Part shown: piece after piece, positions 1 through 8,949 of the stretch | Layout: every line of letters begins with the position of its first letter | Position numbering within the stretch: position 1 is the first letter of the stretch | Origin: Bacillota bacterium | GTDB taxonomy: Bacteria > Bacillota > Sulfobacillia > JAJZYS01 > JAJYTV01 | DNA length: 64,000 nt | NCBI GenBank assembly: GCA_021793215.1 | Contig: JAJYTE010000008.1 | Location: 14,876 to 78,875 of the forward strand | Direction of reading: 5' to 3' | Notes under the pieces: generated by a model | What the model saw: only the letters and a program-made list of their open reading frames with translations | Databases searched by the model: none | Told to the model about the DNA's origin: nothing | Program-made: the position numbers and the translations under genes

Positions 1-1387
1 GCACGTGCGACCCCTGGCGCTGCTTCGAGTAGTACGCGGCCAGGAGCGCCGCGTCCAGGCGGTCCGGCGCTCCGACCGCGCGTCCGGGCAGCGGGCGGAG
101 GATGCAGTGCGCGCCCTGCCGGTCCTTGGTGTGGAACCAGAGGTCCTGGGGACGCGCGGCGCGCGTCAATGCGTCGTTCTCTTTGGCGCTGCGTCCGACG
201 ACCACCTCGTGCCCGCCCGCGGTGATGAAGCGCAGCGGACCGCTGCGCTGCTTCGCCTCGCCGTCCTCCGAGGCATCCGGTAGCACCTCGCGGCGCAGCG
301 CGCGCAGCGCGGCGCTGTCCTCGGCGCGCTCGACCTCCCCGAGCAGCAGCGAGAGTTCGGACAGGCGTTCCTCGAGGTTCTCGACCGCCTGCCCGAGGTG
401 CGACGCGCGCGCCCGGAGCTTCTGGTAGCGCTTGAAGATCCGGGCCATGTTGTCGGCGGGCGATAGGTTCGGATCGAGGGGGACCTCGATCAGCCTCGAT
501 GGGTCGGAGGGATCCGCAACCCGCGCGCTCTCGAGACCGGGAGGAAGGTCGCCGAGGTGCAGCTTGAGTGCCTCACCTTGGGCCAAGAGGGCCGGCAGAT
601 CAAGAGTCTCCGCGAGCTCCGCCTGCGACTTCTCGAGCGTCCGGAGCGCGCGCTCCCGCTGGGCGGTGAGATGCTGGCGCAGCGAACTGCGCAGTTCGCG
701 CACCTCCATGTCGCCGAGGCGCTGCGCCGCGACGCGGCTCAGGGCCGAGAGCATGTCGTCGGCCGGAGAGAGCGCACCTTGCGCGGGCCAGGGGAGGGCC
801 CGCGCGTCGAAGGACTTGCCGCCGCGTACCTCGACCATGGGGGAGTACGCGCCTGAGGCGATGCGGCGAAGGAGATCACCCGGCGCGAGTTCATAGCCGC
901 GCAGCGTGCGGCCGGGGGGCGGTTTCGGCCCGGGCAGCGCGAAGGCGTCGCCGACGGCGAGGCGACGGCCGCGCAGCGCGAAGAGCACCTTCCCGCCGGA
1001 GCCGAGCACCACGTCGGCGTGGGTGCCGAAGAACTCGCCGCAGAGGAAGAGTTCGCGTTCGTCTCCGAAGCGATCGCGGCCTAGGAGGTGCAACGCGAGC
1101 ATGCGCTCGCCGAACGGGGCGCAGGCCCCTTCGACGCGCGCTCCCTCGAGGTCGCGCCGCAGGAGCTGGAGCGTTGCGCCGGGTGTGCGCGCTTTCGCGG
1201 GAGCACGCGGGAGCAGGTAGACGGAAGGCAGTTCCTGCCGCGTCTCGAAGGCGAGCGGCAAGGTGCGCCCCTTCGCGCGCAGCGTGACGACGAGACGCCT
1301 CGGGTCGAGGTGCACGCCGTCAACGCGGGCCCCCTTCAGGGCAGCCACGTCCCGCGCGGCAGCCTTCAGTGTGATCCAGTCGGTCAC
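1..1387 (-). CDS. NFACT/RqcH (FbpA-like) family protein. N-terminal ~462 aa only; the gene continues past the left edge.
   Basis: Minus-strand frame, open from a GTG at 1385-1387 to position 1. A GGGAGGG Shine-Dalgarno lies 6 nt upstream. The translation begins VTDWITLKAAARDV (NFACT-N-like) and later contains a DUF814-like LWFHTKDRQGAHCIL motif. It is absent from the ORF track because it runs off the window. Confidence 0.6.
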   Translation of the reverse strand, partial: MTDWITLKAAARDVAALKGARVDGVHLDPRRLVVTLRAKGRTLPLAFETRQELPSVYLLPRAPAKARTPGATLQLLRRDLEGARVEGACAPFGERMLALHLLGRDRFGDERELFLCGEFFGTHADVVLGSGGKVLFALRGRRLAVGDAFALPGPKPPPGRTLRGYELAPGDLLRRIASGAYSPMVEVRGGKSFDARALPWPAQGALSPADDMLSALSRVAAQRLGDMEVRELRSSLRQHLTAQRERALRTLEKSQAELAETLDLPALLAQGEALKLHLGDLPPGLESARVADPSDPSRLIEVPLDPNLSPADNMARIFKRYQKLRARASHLGQAVENLEERLSELSLLLGEVERAEDSAALRALRREVLPDASEDGEAKQRSGPLRFITAGGHEVVVGRSAKENDALTRAARPQDLWFHTKDRQGAHCILRPLPGRAVGAPDRLDAALLAAYYSKQRQGSHV

Positions 1388-1432
1388 GCAGGTCCCTCCC
1401 AACGATCGGTGGCCCGGCACATGGTGCGTCAG

Positions 1433-1438
1433 GTATAA
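1433..1438 (+). promoter_or_regulatory. Candidate sigma-70 -10 box (TATAAT) ~40 nt upstream of the ABC permease start.
   Basis: A perfect TATAAT sits in an otherwise GC-rich intergenic stretch. A GGGAGG RBS at ~1461 precedes the ATG at 1476. No strong -35 was seen. Confidence 0.3.
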
Positions 1439-1475
1439 TGGCCGGACGGGACTCCGGCGAAGGGAGGCGACCCGG

Positions 1476-3188
1476 ATGAGCTGGTTCCCCGCGCCTGCCA
1501 TCGCGCGCAGGCGCACCTTCGGCTGGGTCGACCTCCTGGTGCTCTTGGCCGTGCTGCTGCTCCTGCTCGGAGTGGTGCGTCTGGGTTCCGGCATGGCGGC
1601 GCCGCTTCGGACCGCATCGCACATCTCGCTCTCGCCCTGGTCGCTCCCGCTCTACGCGGGCGAGAGCCTCCTTCGCATCGTCATCGCCTTCGTCTTCTCT
1701 CTCGTCTTCGCGGTGGCCTACGGCTACGCGGCCGCGAAGACGAACCTCGGCAGACGCCTTCTCGTGCCGCTGCTCGACATCCTGCAGTCCGTTCCGGTAC
1801 TGGGCTTCCTGTCCGCCACCGTCGCATTCTTCGCCGGCCTCTTCCCGGGCAGCACGGCCGGCCTCGAGATGGCGTCGGTGTTCGCGATCTTCACCGCCCA
1901 GGCCTGGAACATGGCGTTCAGCTTCTACCACTCGGAGATGACGCTGCCCCGCGACCTGCAGGAGGCGTCAACAGTCTACCGGCTGGGACGCTGGCAGCGG
2001 CTATGGTACCTCGAACTGCCGAGTTCCGCCATCTCGTTGATCCTCAACAGCATGATGTCCTTCGGCGGGTCCTGGTTCTTCCTCGCCGCATCGGAGAACG
2101 TCACCTACGCCGGCCGCTCCTACCTCCTGCCGGGCGTGGGCTCGTACATGGCGGTCGCGGAGCAGCGCGGCGACGCCGGCGCGATGGTCGCCGCGGTGCT
2201 CGTGATGATCCTGCTGATCGTGCTCGTGGACCAGATCTTCTGGCGTCCCGTGATCGCATGGTCGCAGCGGTTCAAGATGGAGCAGACCCGCGCCGCGGAC
2301 GAGCCCACGTCGTTCGTCCTGATGATCCTGCAGCGCTCAATGCTCGTGGAGATGCTCGAGCGCCGCGTGCTCCGGCCAACCCTGGAGGGGGCGCTGCGGG
2401 CCCTCTCGCGTCCACCCCGTCCCGCGCAGGTGCGCCGCCTGGGGCGCGGAGCACTCGGCTCAGCCGGGGGCCTCCTGGCGGTTGCGCTGCTCGCCTGGGC
2501 GGCGTTCTCCGGCGCGCATCTTCTGCACGGGATCGGCGGCGCGCAGGTGCTGCACGTGCTCTGGCTCGGTATCCTCACGCTCCTGCGCGTCGCCGCGGCG
2601 GTGTTGCTGGGAGCGCTCTGGACGGTTCCTGTGGGTGTCTACATCGGCCTCAGCCCGCGCGTCAGCGGCTGGGCGCAGCCGGTCGCCCAGATCGCCGCGT
2701 CCTTCCCCGCGAACATGCTCTTCCCTGTCGTGGTGGCGCTTTTGCTGCGGATGGACACCGGGCTCGACATCGGGGCGATCCCGCTGATGATGCTCGGCAC
2801 GCAGTGGTACATCCTCTTCAACGTGATGGCGGGAACCATGGCGATCCCCTCGGACCTCAAGGAGGCGGCGCGCGTTTTCGGCGTCAGGGGTGGACTGCGC
2901 TGGCGCCAATTGATCCTCCCCGCGATCTTCCCGTCCCTCGTCACAGGCGGCGTCACGGCCGCGGGCGGCGCGTGGAACGCCTCGATCGTCGCGGAGGTCG
3001 TGGGCTGGGGCGGGCACCTGCTGGTCGCGCAGGGCGTCGGGGCGTACATCACGCTCGCGACGGCGCACGGCCACTTCGGCGACATCCTGCTCGGCATCGC
3101 CGTGATGTCGGTCTTGGTGGTGGCGATGAACCGCCTCGTATGGCGGCCGCTCTACCGACTGGCGGAAACGAAGTACCATCTCGACTGA
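1476..3188 (+). CDS. ABC transporter permease of the nitrate/sulfonate/taurine (NitT/TauT) type, with fused tandem transmembrane domains.
   Basis: Long hydrophobic protein containing two binding-protein-dependent transport-system inner-membrane (EAA-loop-like) modules. The ATG at 1476 has a GGGAGG RBS. The track ORF start at 1263 is an over-extension. Confidence 0.85.
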   Translation: MSWFPAPAIARRRTFGWVDLLVLLAVLLLLLGVVRLGSGMAAPLRTASHISLSPWSLPLYAGESLLRIVIAFVFSLVFAVAYGYAAAKTNLGRRLLVPLLDILQSVPVLGFLSATVAFFAGLFPGSTAGLEMASVFAIFTAQAWNMAFSFYHSEMTLPRDLQEASTVYRLGRWQRLWYLELPSSAISLILNSMMSFGGSWFFLAASENVTYAGRSYLLPGVGSYMAVAEQRGDAGAMVAAVLVMILLIVLVDQIFWRPVIAWSQRFKMEQTRAADEPTSFVLMILQRSMLVEMLERRVLRPTLEGALRALSRPPRPAQVRRLGRGALGSAGGLLAVALLAWAAFSGAHLLHGIGGAQVLHVLWLGILTLLRVAAAVLLGALWTVPVGVYIGLSPRVSGWAQPVAQIAASFPANMLFPVVVALLLRMDTGLDIGAIPLMMLGTQWYILFNVMAGTMAIPSDLKEAARVFGVRGGLRWRQLILPAIFPSLVTGGVTAAGGAWNASIVAEVVGWGGHLLVAQGVGAYITLATAHGHFGDILLGIAVMSVLVVAMNRLVWRPLYRLAETKYHLD

Positions 3189-3253
3189 GCAGGGAGGCGC
3201 CGCCGACCGCGCTATACTAGAGACGAGAAGAGGCGGCCGGCGCTGGGCCGCGG

Positions 3254-4579
3254 TTGATCCACCCGTTCCGGAAGGGGGCGAACGCCATCTCCGAACCGCT
3301 GATCACGCTGCGGGGCGTGCACAAGCTCTACGAGATGCCGGGCGGCGGCACCGGGACGGTGCTTGAGGACATCGACCTCGAGGTGCGCGAGGGGGAGATC
3401 CTCGCGGTGCTCGGTCCGAGCGGGTCTGGCAAGTCGACGCTGCTGCGCATCATCGCCGGTCTCACGCAGCCCTCGCGCGGCAGCGTGCGCTACCGCGCAG
3501 GGGTGGTCGGCCACGGTGTCGCGCTCGTCTTCCAGTCCTTCGCGCTGTTCCCGTGGATGACCGTGCAGGAGAACGTGGAGATCGGCCTGCGCGCGCAGGG
3601 GCTCGCGCCGAAGGAGCGCGAGCGCAAGGCGCTGCAGGTGATCGACATGATCGGGCTCGACGGTTTCGAGGGGGCCTACCCGAAGGAGCTCTCCGGCGGC
3701 ATGCGCCAGCGCGTCGGGTTCGCGCGTTCCCTTGTGGTGGACCCCGACGTGCTCTTGATGGATGAGCCCTTCTCCGCGCTCGACGTGCTGACGGCCGAGA
3801 ACCTGCGCCGCGACCTTCTCGACCTTTGGCTCGAGCGGCGCATCCCGACGAAGGCCGTGATCATCGTCACGCACTCGATCGAGGAGGCGGTGTACCTCGC
3901 CGACCGCGCGGTGATCCTCTCGCGCGATCCGGCGCGCATCGCCGCCCAGGTGCCGATCACGCTGCCGCATTGGCGCGAGCGCGAGGACCCGCGGTTCGTG
4001 CAGCTCGTCGACCAGATCTACGGCCTTCTTACGCGCCGCGAGGCGGTGCCTGCGCACGCTTCGAACCGCAGGGTCCAGACGGTGCCGCCGGTGCGCAGCG
4101 GCGCCTTGAGTGGGCTCTTGGAGCTCTTGGAGGACCAGGACGAGAAGGTGGACCTCTACCGTCTCGGCGAGGAGCTGTCGCTCGACGTCGAGGACCTTCT
4201 GCCGATCGTCGAGGCCGCGGAGCTTCTTGGCTTCGCCAAGGTGGCAGAGGGCGACATCGAACTCACGCAGGAGGGCCGGGACTTCGCCGAGGCGAGCCTG
4301 CTGCGCCGCAAGGAGATCTTCCGAGACCAGGCGCTCAACCGCTGTCCAGGTCTCGAGAACATGGTGCGCGTGCTCGGCCAGAAGTCGAACGGTCGCATGA
4401 ACCGCGAGTTCTTCGTCGACGTCCTCGAGCGCAGCGTGGGGCCGGAGGAGGCGGAGCGCCAGGTCGACACCCTCATCGACTGGGGCCGCTACGGTGAGAT
4501 GTTCGCCTACGACACGGAGTCGCGCCAGCTCTACCTGGAGTCCGTTGTGGAGGAGCAGGAGAGCGCTCCTACAGATTGA
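3254..4579 (+). CDS. ABC transporter ATP-binding protein (NitT/TauT family) with a ~190-aa C-terminal extension domain.
   Basis: Walker A GPSGSGKST, an LSGGMRQR signature and a Walker B DEPFSALD are present. A C-terminal helical domain is typical of the ssuB/tauB-like ATPases that carry an AAA-associated C-terminal domain. TTG start. Confidence 0.9.
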   Translation: MIHPFRKGANAISEPLITLRGVHKLYEMPGGGTGTVLEDIDLEVREGEILAVLGPSGSGKSTLLRIIAGLTQPSRGSVRYRAGVVGHGVALVFQSFALFPWMTVQENVEIGLRAQGLAPKERERKALQVIDMIGLDGFEGAYPKELSGGMRQRVGFARSLVVDPDVLLMDEPFSALDVLTAENLRRDLLDLWLERRIPTKAVIIVTHSIEEAVYLADRAVILSRDPARIAAQVPITLPHWREREDPRFVQLVDQIYGLLTRREAVPAHASNRRVQTVPPVRSGALSGLLELLEDQDEKVDLYRLGEELSLDVEDLLPIVEAAELLGFAKVAEGDIELTQEGRDFAEASLLRRKEIFRDQALNRCPGLENMVRVLGQKSNGRMNREFFVDVLERSVGPEEAERQVDTLIDWGRYGEMFAYDTESRQLYLESVVEEQESAPTD

Positions 4580-5285
4580 TGTGCACGCCGGCTGTGATGC
4601 CGCCGATCAGCATGGCGAAGAGGATGGCCGGCAGGAGGTTGCCGACCTTCACCTTGGTCGCGCCGACCATGTTCAGGCCGATCAGGGCGATCAGCACGCC
4701 TCCGACGTACGTGAGGGGGGCGATCACCGCTGCGCTGAGGAGCGGCGCGACGAGCGCCGCGAGTGCCGCGATCAGACCCTCGTAGACGAAGACGGAAGCG
4801 GCGGCCAGCAGGACACCCGGACCGAAGGCCGCGGAGAAGAAGATGGCGCTCGTGCCGTCGAGGGCGGACTTCGTGAAGAGGATCGTGTCCCTTCCGGTGA
4901 GCCCGCTCTGGATCGCGCCGAGCACGGCGAGGGCGCCGATGCACCAGACGAGCGTCGCGAGCATGAACCCCTCGACGAACGTGCCGCCGCCCCCGAAGCG
5001 CTTTCGCATGCGCTCCGCGAAGCGCTCCAGGCGCTCCTCGAGCTGCAGCCACTGCCCCGTGGCGGCGCCGAGCGCCATGGATGCGATCACGATCAGGAAG
5101 TTCGGCTTCTCGAGCGCCATGGAGATGCCGATGAATGCCGCCGCCGCCCCCAGCGCCTGCTGCACGATGTTGCGCACCGGCTCCGGGATGCGGCGGACGA
5201 GGAGACCTAGGAGCGCCCCGACGAGGGCCGCGACACCGTTCACGAGTGGCCCGAGCTCATGCGCGAAGAAGGTCAAAGAGGGCAT
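4569..5285 (-). CDS. DUF554 (YqgA-like) family membrane protein.
   Basis: 238-aa polytopic, Gly/Ala-rich membrane protein with the DUF554-like N-terminus NGVAALVGALLG. Its 3' end is convergent with and overlaps the ABC ATPase by 11 nt. Confidence 0.65.
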   Translation of the reverse strand: MPSLTFFAHELGPLVNGVAALVGALLGLLVRRIPEPVRNIVQQALGAAAAFIGISMALEKPNFLIVIASMALGAATGQWLQLEERLERFAERMRKRFGGGGTFVEGFMLATLVWCIGALAVLGAIQSGLTGRDTILFTKSALDGTSAIFFSAAFGPGVLLAAASVFVYEGLIAALAALVAPLLSAAVIAPLTYVGGVLIALIGLNMVGATKVKVGNLLPAILFAMLIGGITAGVHINL

Positions 5286-5423
5286 CCTCCTGCGGCATGC
5301 TGTTCGCGCCGCGAGGCAGCATCCCTGCCGGGTCAGGCGCTCCGGCGCGTTTTCGGTCGAACGGCCGAGAGTGAGGGACCGGAGCGCGGAGATCGCCGCG
5401 CTGAAGGCGGTGGCCGCTGCGGT

Positions 5424-6092
5424 TCACGGGCCGAGGAACAGCGTCTCGGGTGTCCCGTGCGGTGGAGAGAGCAGCACCTGCGCGCTGCCGCCTGCCGCAG
5501 GCAGGAAGGCGGCCTCTGTCTGCCCGCCGAGATCCGCCACCGCGAGGACGCCGGAGGAGAAGGGCCAGGTCTTCGTGACAAAGGCGGCTGACCCGAGCCC
5601 TTGCGCCCAGGCGCTGACGCGTCCTCGCAGCGGCGCGGGGAGGTCCGTCGGCGCGACCGGGGTGACGCCCGGGCCAGCTGCGGGCGGGAAGGGGATGTAC
5701 CAGCCGCTCTCGTTGGTGCGGCCCACGAGCCCCAGCGTGCGCGGACCGATCACTTCCATCGCGGCGAAGCGCACCTTGCCATCCTGGCCGAGCAGCATCA
5801 GAACCTGTTGTCCGCTGACTGTCCTCGTCTTTCCGTGCTGGTCCGATTGCTCGGTGAACGGGCTCGCGTAGACCACCTGCGCCGCGTCGCCACGGAACAG
5901 CATGCGCGCTGCGCGGCGCGCCGTCGCGACCGCTTCGGCGCGGGAGATCGACTTCGCCTGGAACGCGGACATGGACCCTCTGGCGGCAGCCGCGTCCAGA
6001 CCGTGGAGTGCAACGAGCGCGAGCAGTCCGAGCGCGATCAGGGTGAGGCCCGCGAGCAGGACGACTGGCGTTGGGCGACGCGGCATCACCAA
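5424..6092 (-). CDS. Hypothetical membrane-anchored protein: one N-terminal transmembrane segment plus an extracytoplasmic domain.
   Basis: 222-aa ORF. Its start overlaps the upstream gene stop by a few nt, consistent with an operon. No recognisable family. Confidence 0.5.
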   Translation of the reverse strand: MVMPRRPTPVVLLAGLTLIALGLLALVALHGLDAAAARGSMSAFQAKSISRAEAVATARRAARMLFRGDAAQVVYASPFTEQSDQHGKTRTVSGQQVLMLLGQDGKVRFAAMEVIGPRTLGLVGRTNESGWYIPFPPAAGPGVTPVAPTDLPAPLRGRVSAWAQGLGSAAFVTKTWPFSSGVLAVADLGGQTEAAFLPAAGGSAQVLLSPPHGTPETLFLGP

Positions 6093-6760
6093 GCACCTCC
6101 AGATATGGCCGTTCCGCCGCCGGAGAGTACCTGGTAGGAGGCCGTCGCGCGGGAGATGTAGAGGTCATAGCCCGGGAACGCGACCGGACCATCGTAGCCC
6201 CCGTAGCGGCTGCCCTTCGGCGGCGTTTGGGGGCCGCCGGTGTAGATCGCGTTCACACCGAGGTTCTCGAGCTGGATCGACCCGTTGCGCCAGGTCGCCT
6301 GCAGCCGGTAGGTGCGCGCCCCGGGCCGCCGCAGCCAAACCTCGTAGTTGCCGTCCGAGATGCGCAGCGCGCGGCCGACTTCGAGTCCGGGGAAGACGGT
6401 GCCGAACTCGCGCACGGCGCGCTGCGGCAGGGCCGCAAAGCGGGCCGTCGTGTGCCGCCCGGTAGGGACAGCCATCGCCTGTGGGTAGCTTGCGGGGGTG
6501 GCGATCCCGGCGAGGAGTGCGAGGGCACCGAAGCCGAGCAAGGCCGTACCGATCCAGAAGACCCGCGGCAAGCGCCGCGGGGGCGCACTGCTCCTAGGGC
6601 CGAGGGAGAGCCAGAGGGCGCTGGGGACCCCGACGAGTAGCAGCAGTCCCGCGAGCACGAGGCCCGGCGCGAAGCCGGCACCCTGCCAGCGCCAGATCAG
6701 GAGACTTGCGCCGGCCAGGAGGACGACGCCCCCCAACGCAGGAAGCGCTGCGCGCCTCAT
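6086..6760 (-). CDS. Hypothetical membrane protein: ~3 transmembrane segments plus an extracytoplasmic domain.
   Basis: The start MRRAALPALGG overlaps the SHOCT gene stop (ATGA). The track ORF extends to 7753 but upstream of 6760 it is antisense to the SHOCT gene, the divergent promoter region and the response-regulator gene. Confidence 0.5.
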   Translation of the reverse strand: MRRAALPALGGVVLLAGASLLIWRWQGAGFAPGLVLAGLLLLVGVPSALWLSLGPRSSAPPRRLPRVFWIGTALLGFGALALLAGIATPASYPQAMAVPTGRHTTARFAALPQRAVREFGTVFPGLEVGRALRISDGNYEVWLRRPGARTYRLQATWRNGSIQLENLGVNAIYTGGPQTPPKGSRYGGYDGPVAFPGYDLYISRATASYQVLSGGGTAISGGAW

Positions 6761-6993
6761 TCGGCGTCGCCGCGCAAGGCGCGCAGCATCTCGTCGTACT
6801 CCGTGCGGCTGATCTCGCCGCCCGCGAAGCGGCGGCGGAGTGTCTCCTCCGCGCTTGGGGGCTGCGCTTGTGGGCGGAAGTACTGCACGAGCCCGACGAT
6901 CACGAGGACGATCCCGACGGGGATCGCGAGAACCAAGAGTTCCATGAGCACGGAGAGGATCGGCATCCAGGGAGAGACACCGGACGTCGCCAA
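6757..6993 (-). CDS. SHOCT-domain small membrane protein.
   Basis: The C-terminus EETLRRRFAGGEISRTEYDEMLRALRGD matches the SHOCT short C-terminal domain. It is preceded by a transmembrane helix. A TTG start at 6993 has a GGGAGGG RBS 6 nt upstream. The track start at 7125 is over-extended. Confidence 0.55.
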   Translation of the reverse strand: MATSGVSPWMPILSVLMELLVLAIPVGIVLVIVGLVQYFRPQAQPPSAEETLRRRFAGGEISRTEYDEMLRALRGDAE

Positions 6994-7111
6994 GGGGAAC
7001 CCTCCCATCCTGTGGCGAGTGTACCCCGGCATGGCGCGCTGCGCGGACAAGAAACGGTGAAGGTTCGCCGGACGGTGCGGGCGAGGGCGCCCGCCGTGCG
7101 ATAATGCCGGT

Positions 7112-7804
7112 ATGGACGTTCGCATCGTGGTGATCGAGGACGACCCCGTGATCTCCCATCAAGTCGCAGGCCACCTGCGCGAGCGGACGGGCGCGAGCGT
7201 CGACGCCTTCCCGGCGCTCGCGCCGGCGAAGCGGGCGCTCTCGCAGGCGGACCTCGTCGCCCTCGACCTCAACCTGCCGGACAGCGACGGGCTCGAGACA
7301 GTCCGCAGCGCGAGACTCCTCGCGCCGTCGGCGTTCCTGATCGTCATCACGGCGCGCAGCGCGCTCGCGGACCGCGTCGGGGGGCTGCGCCTCGGTGCGG
7401 ACGACTACCTGGTGAAGCCCTTCAGCCTCTTGGAACTGGAGGCGCGGGTCGAGGCGCTGCTCCGACGCCGCGGCGGCGCGGCGCCCCCGACGGGCTCGGA
7501 CCTCTCGTGGGACGTCGCCGGGCGGCGGGTTCGGCGCACCGGAGAGGACCTCGGGCTCACGCCGCTCGAGTACGAGGTGTTCGGCGCGCTCGCGGCGCGC
7601 CCGGGACAGGCGCTCTCGCGCGTCGAACTGCTTCGCGACGTGCTCGGACCGAACTTCTACGGTTACGAGCGGGTGATCGACGTGCACGTCGGCCACCTGC
7701 GCAAGAAGCTTGACCCCGACAATACCTTCCGGTACATCGGCACCGTGCGACACTACGGCTACCGCTGGGACGCGCCGGCGCCGGAGAAATCCGATGCGAC
7801 CTGA
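7112..7804 (+). CDS. OmpR-family response regulator (REC domain plus winged-helix DNA-binding domain).
   Basis: D-D-K receiver motifs (IEDD...LDLNLPDSDG...DYLVKPF) and a C-terminal trans_reg_C (YGYRW). Divergent from the SHOCT operon. Confidence 0.9.
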   Translation: MDVRIVVIEDDPVISHQVAGHLRERTGASVDAFPALAPAKRALSQADLVALDLNLPDSDGLETVRSARLLAPSAFLIVITARSALADRVGGLRLGADDYLVKPFSLLELEARVEALLRRRGGAAPPTGSDLSWDVAGRRVRRTGEDLGLTPLEYEVFGALAARPGQALSRVELLRDVLGPNFYGYERVIDVHVGHLRKKLDPDNTFRYIGTVRHYGYRWDAPAPEKSDAT

Positions 7805-8657
7805 GCGGGAGGGCGGCCTCCTCGTGCTGCTCGGGGGGCTCGTCTACGGCATGTGGCCGCCGGCGCCCCCTGAGCGGATCTGGTGGCTATTGGCCTGGGC
7901 CGTTTTCGCCTCGTGCGCCCTGCTCTGGCTGCGGCTGCCGGCGCGCGGCCCGGCGGCGGAGGGGGGGAGCGCCGCGCCCGAAGAGCCCGCGAGGGACTGG
8001 GCGGTGCACATCGCGCACGACTTCCGAACGCCGCTGATGCGCCTTCGCCTGCACCTCGGCGCCTTGGCGGAGGGGAATCCCGCGCCGCAGACGACGGCCG
8101 CCATGGAGGCGGAGATCCTGCAGCTCGAGCGGTTGGCGGACGGACTGATCGACCTCACGGCCCAGGGCAGCGCGCCCGCAGGGGAACGCCCCGGCGATCT
8201 CGGCGCGCTCGCGAGCCGGCTTTCGGACCGACTCGGACCGCTCTTCGCGCAGCAGGGTCGCGCGCTGCGCTGCGAAAGCGAGGAGGGTTGCCGGACGACA
8301 CTGGACGAAGCCGCCGCGGAGCGCGTCCTCGAAAACCTCCTCAGCAACGCCCTGCGCTACGCCGAGGGAGAGGGCGACGTCGCCCTTCGCGTGAGGCGCG
8401 ACGGCCCCTTCTTCGTGCGTGCGGAAGTGACGAACCCCGCGCGGGCGCCTGGCGTGGACATCGAGACGCTGCGCGCGCCCTTCGTACGTGGGCCCGCGGC
8501 GGAGGCGGAGCAGGGGTTCGGGCTCGGACTTGCCGTCGTTGAGCGCCTGTGCGGCCTTGCAGGCGGGCGCATGCACCTCTCCTACGACGACACGGTGCAC
8601 CGGTTCTCGTCGGCCGTCGTCGTACCCAGGGTGCGCCGGGGCGGCGAAACCGCCTAG
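7794..8657 (+). CDS. Sensor histidine kinase: one N-terminal transmembrane segment, HisKA and HATPase_c domains.
   Basis: H-box HIAHDFRTPL, then N/G-box regions LENLLSNALRYA and GFGLGLAVV. The ATG overlaps the response-regulator stop. Confidence 0.8.
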   Translation: MRPEREGGLLVLLGGLVYGMWPPAPPERIWWLLAWAVFASCALLWLRLPARGPAAEGGSAAPEEPARDWAVHIAHDFRTPLMRLRLHLGALAEGNPAPQTTAAMEAEILQLERLADGLIDLTAQGSAPAGERPGDLGALASRLSDRLGPLFAQQGRALRCESEEGCRTTLDEAAAERVLENLLSNALRYAEGEGDVALRVRRDGPFFVRAEVTNPARAPGVDIETLRAPFVRGPAAEAEQGFGLGLAVVERLCGLAGGRMHLSYDDTVHRFSSAVVVPRVRRGGETA

Positions 8658-8949
8658 GTTCGCCACGGCCACCAAGCGTATGGCGGGAACGGGCATCCGT
8701 CGCACCCCAGGTCTTGTGGCCTTCGCCTGACGATTCGGCCGCAGTCCGACAAATGACGCCCTCATGGATTGCTGCATAGGGACGGATCGCGTCGAATCAT
8801 CCCGCGACATGGCGGTACCTGTCATCAAGGGGACGTTCGCGCTACCTGTGGATTTTGTAGAAAACCCTGTTGACAACCGCTTCTTGGGGGAACTTGTCGT
8901 GGTGCGGCCAATGCTATACTTCCCGTAGATCTCGCATGGAGGAACCGCC

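Noticed and set aside
6086-7753. 555-aa minus-strand ORF spanning the SHOCT gene and the response-regulator gene.
   Set aside because: Only 6086..6760 is membrane-protein-like. The remainder is antisense to real genes in the SHOCT frame and on the plus strand. The true start is the ATG at 6760, which overlaps the SHOCT stop.
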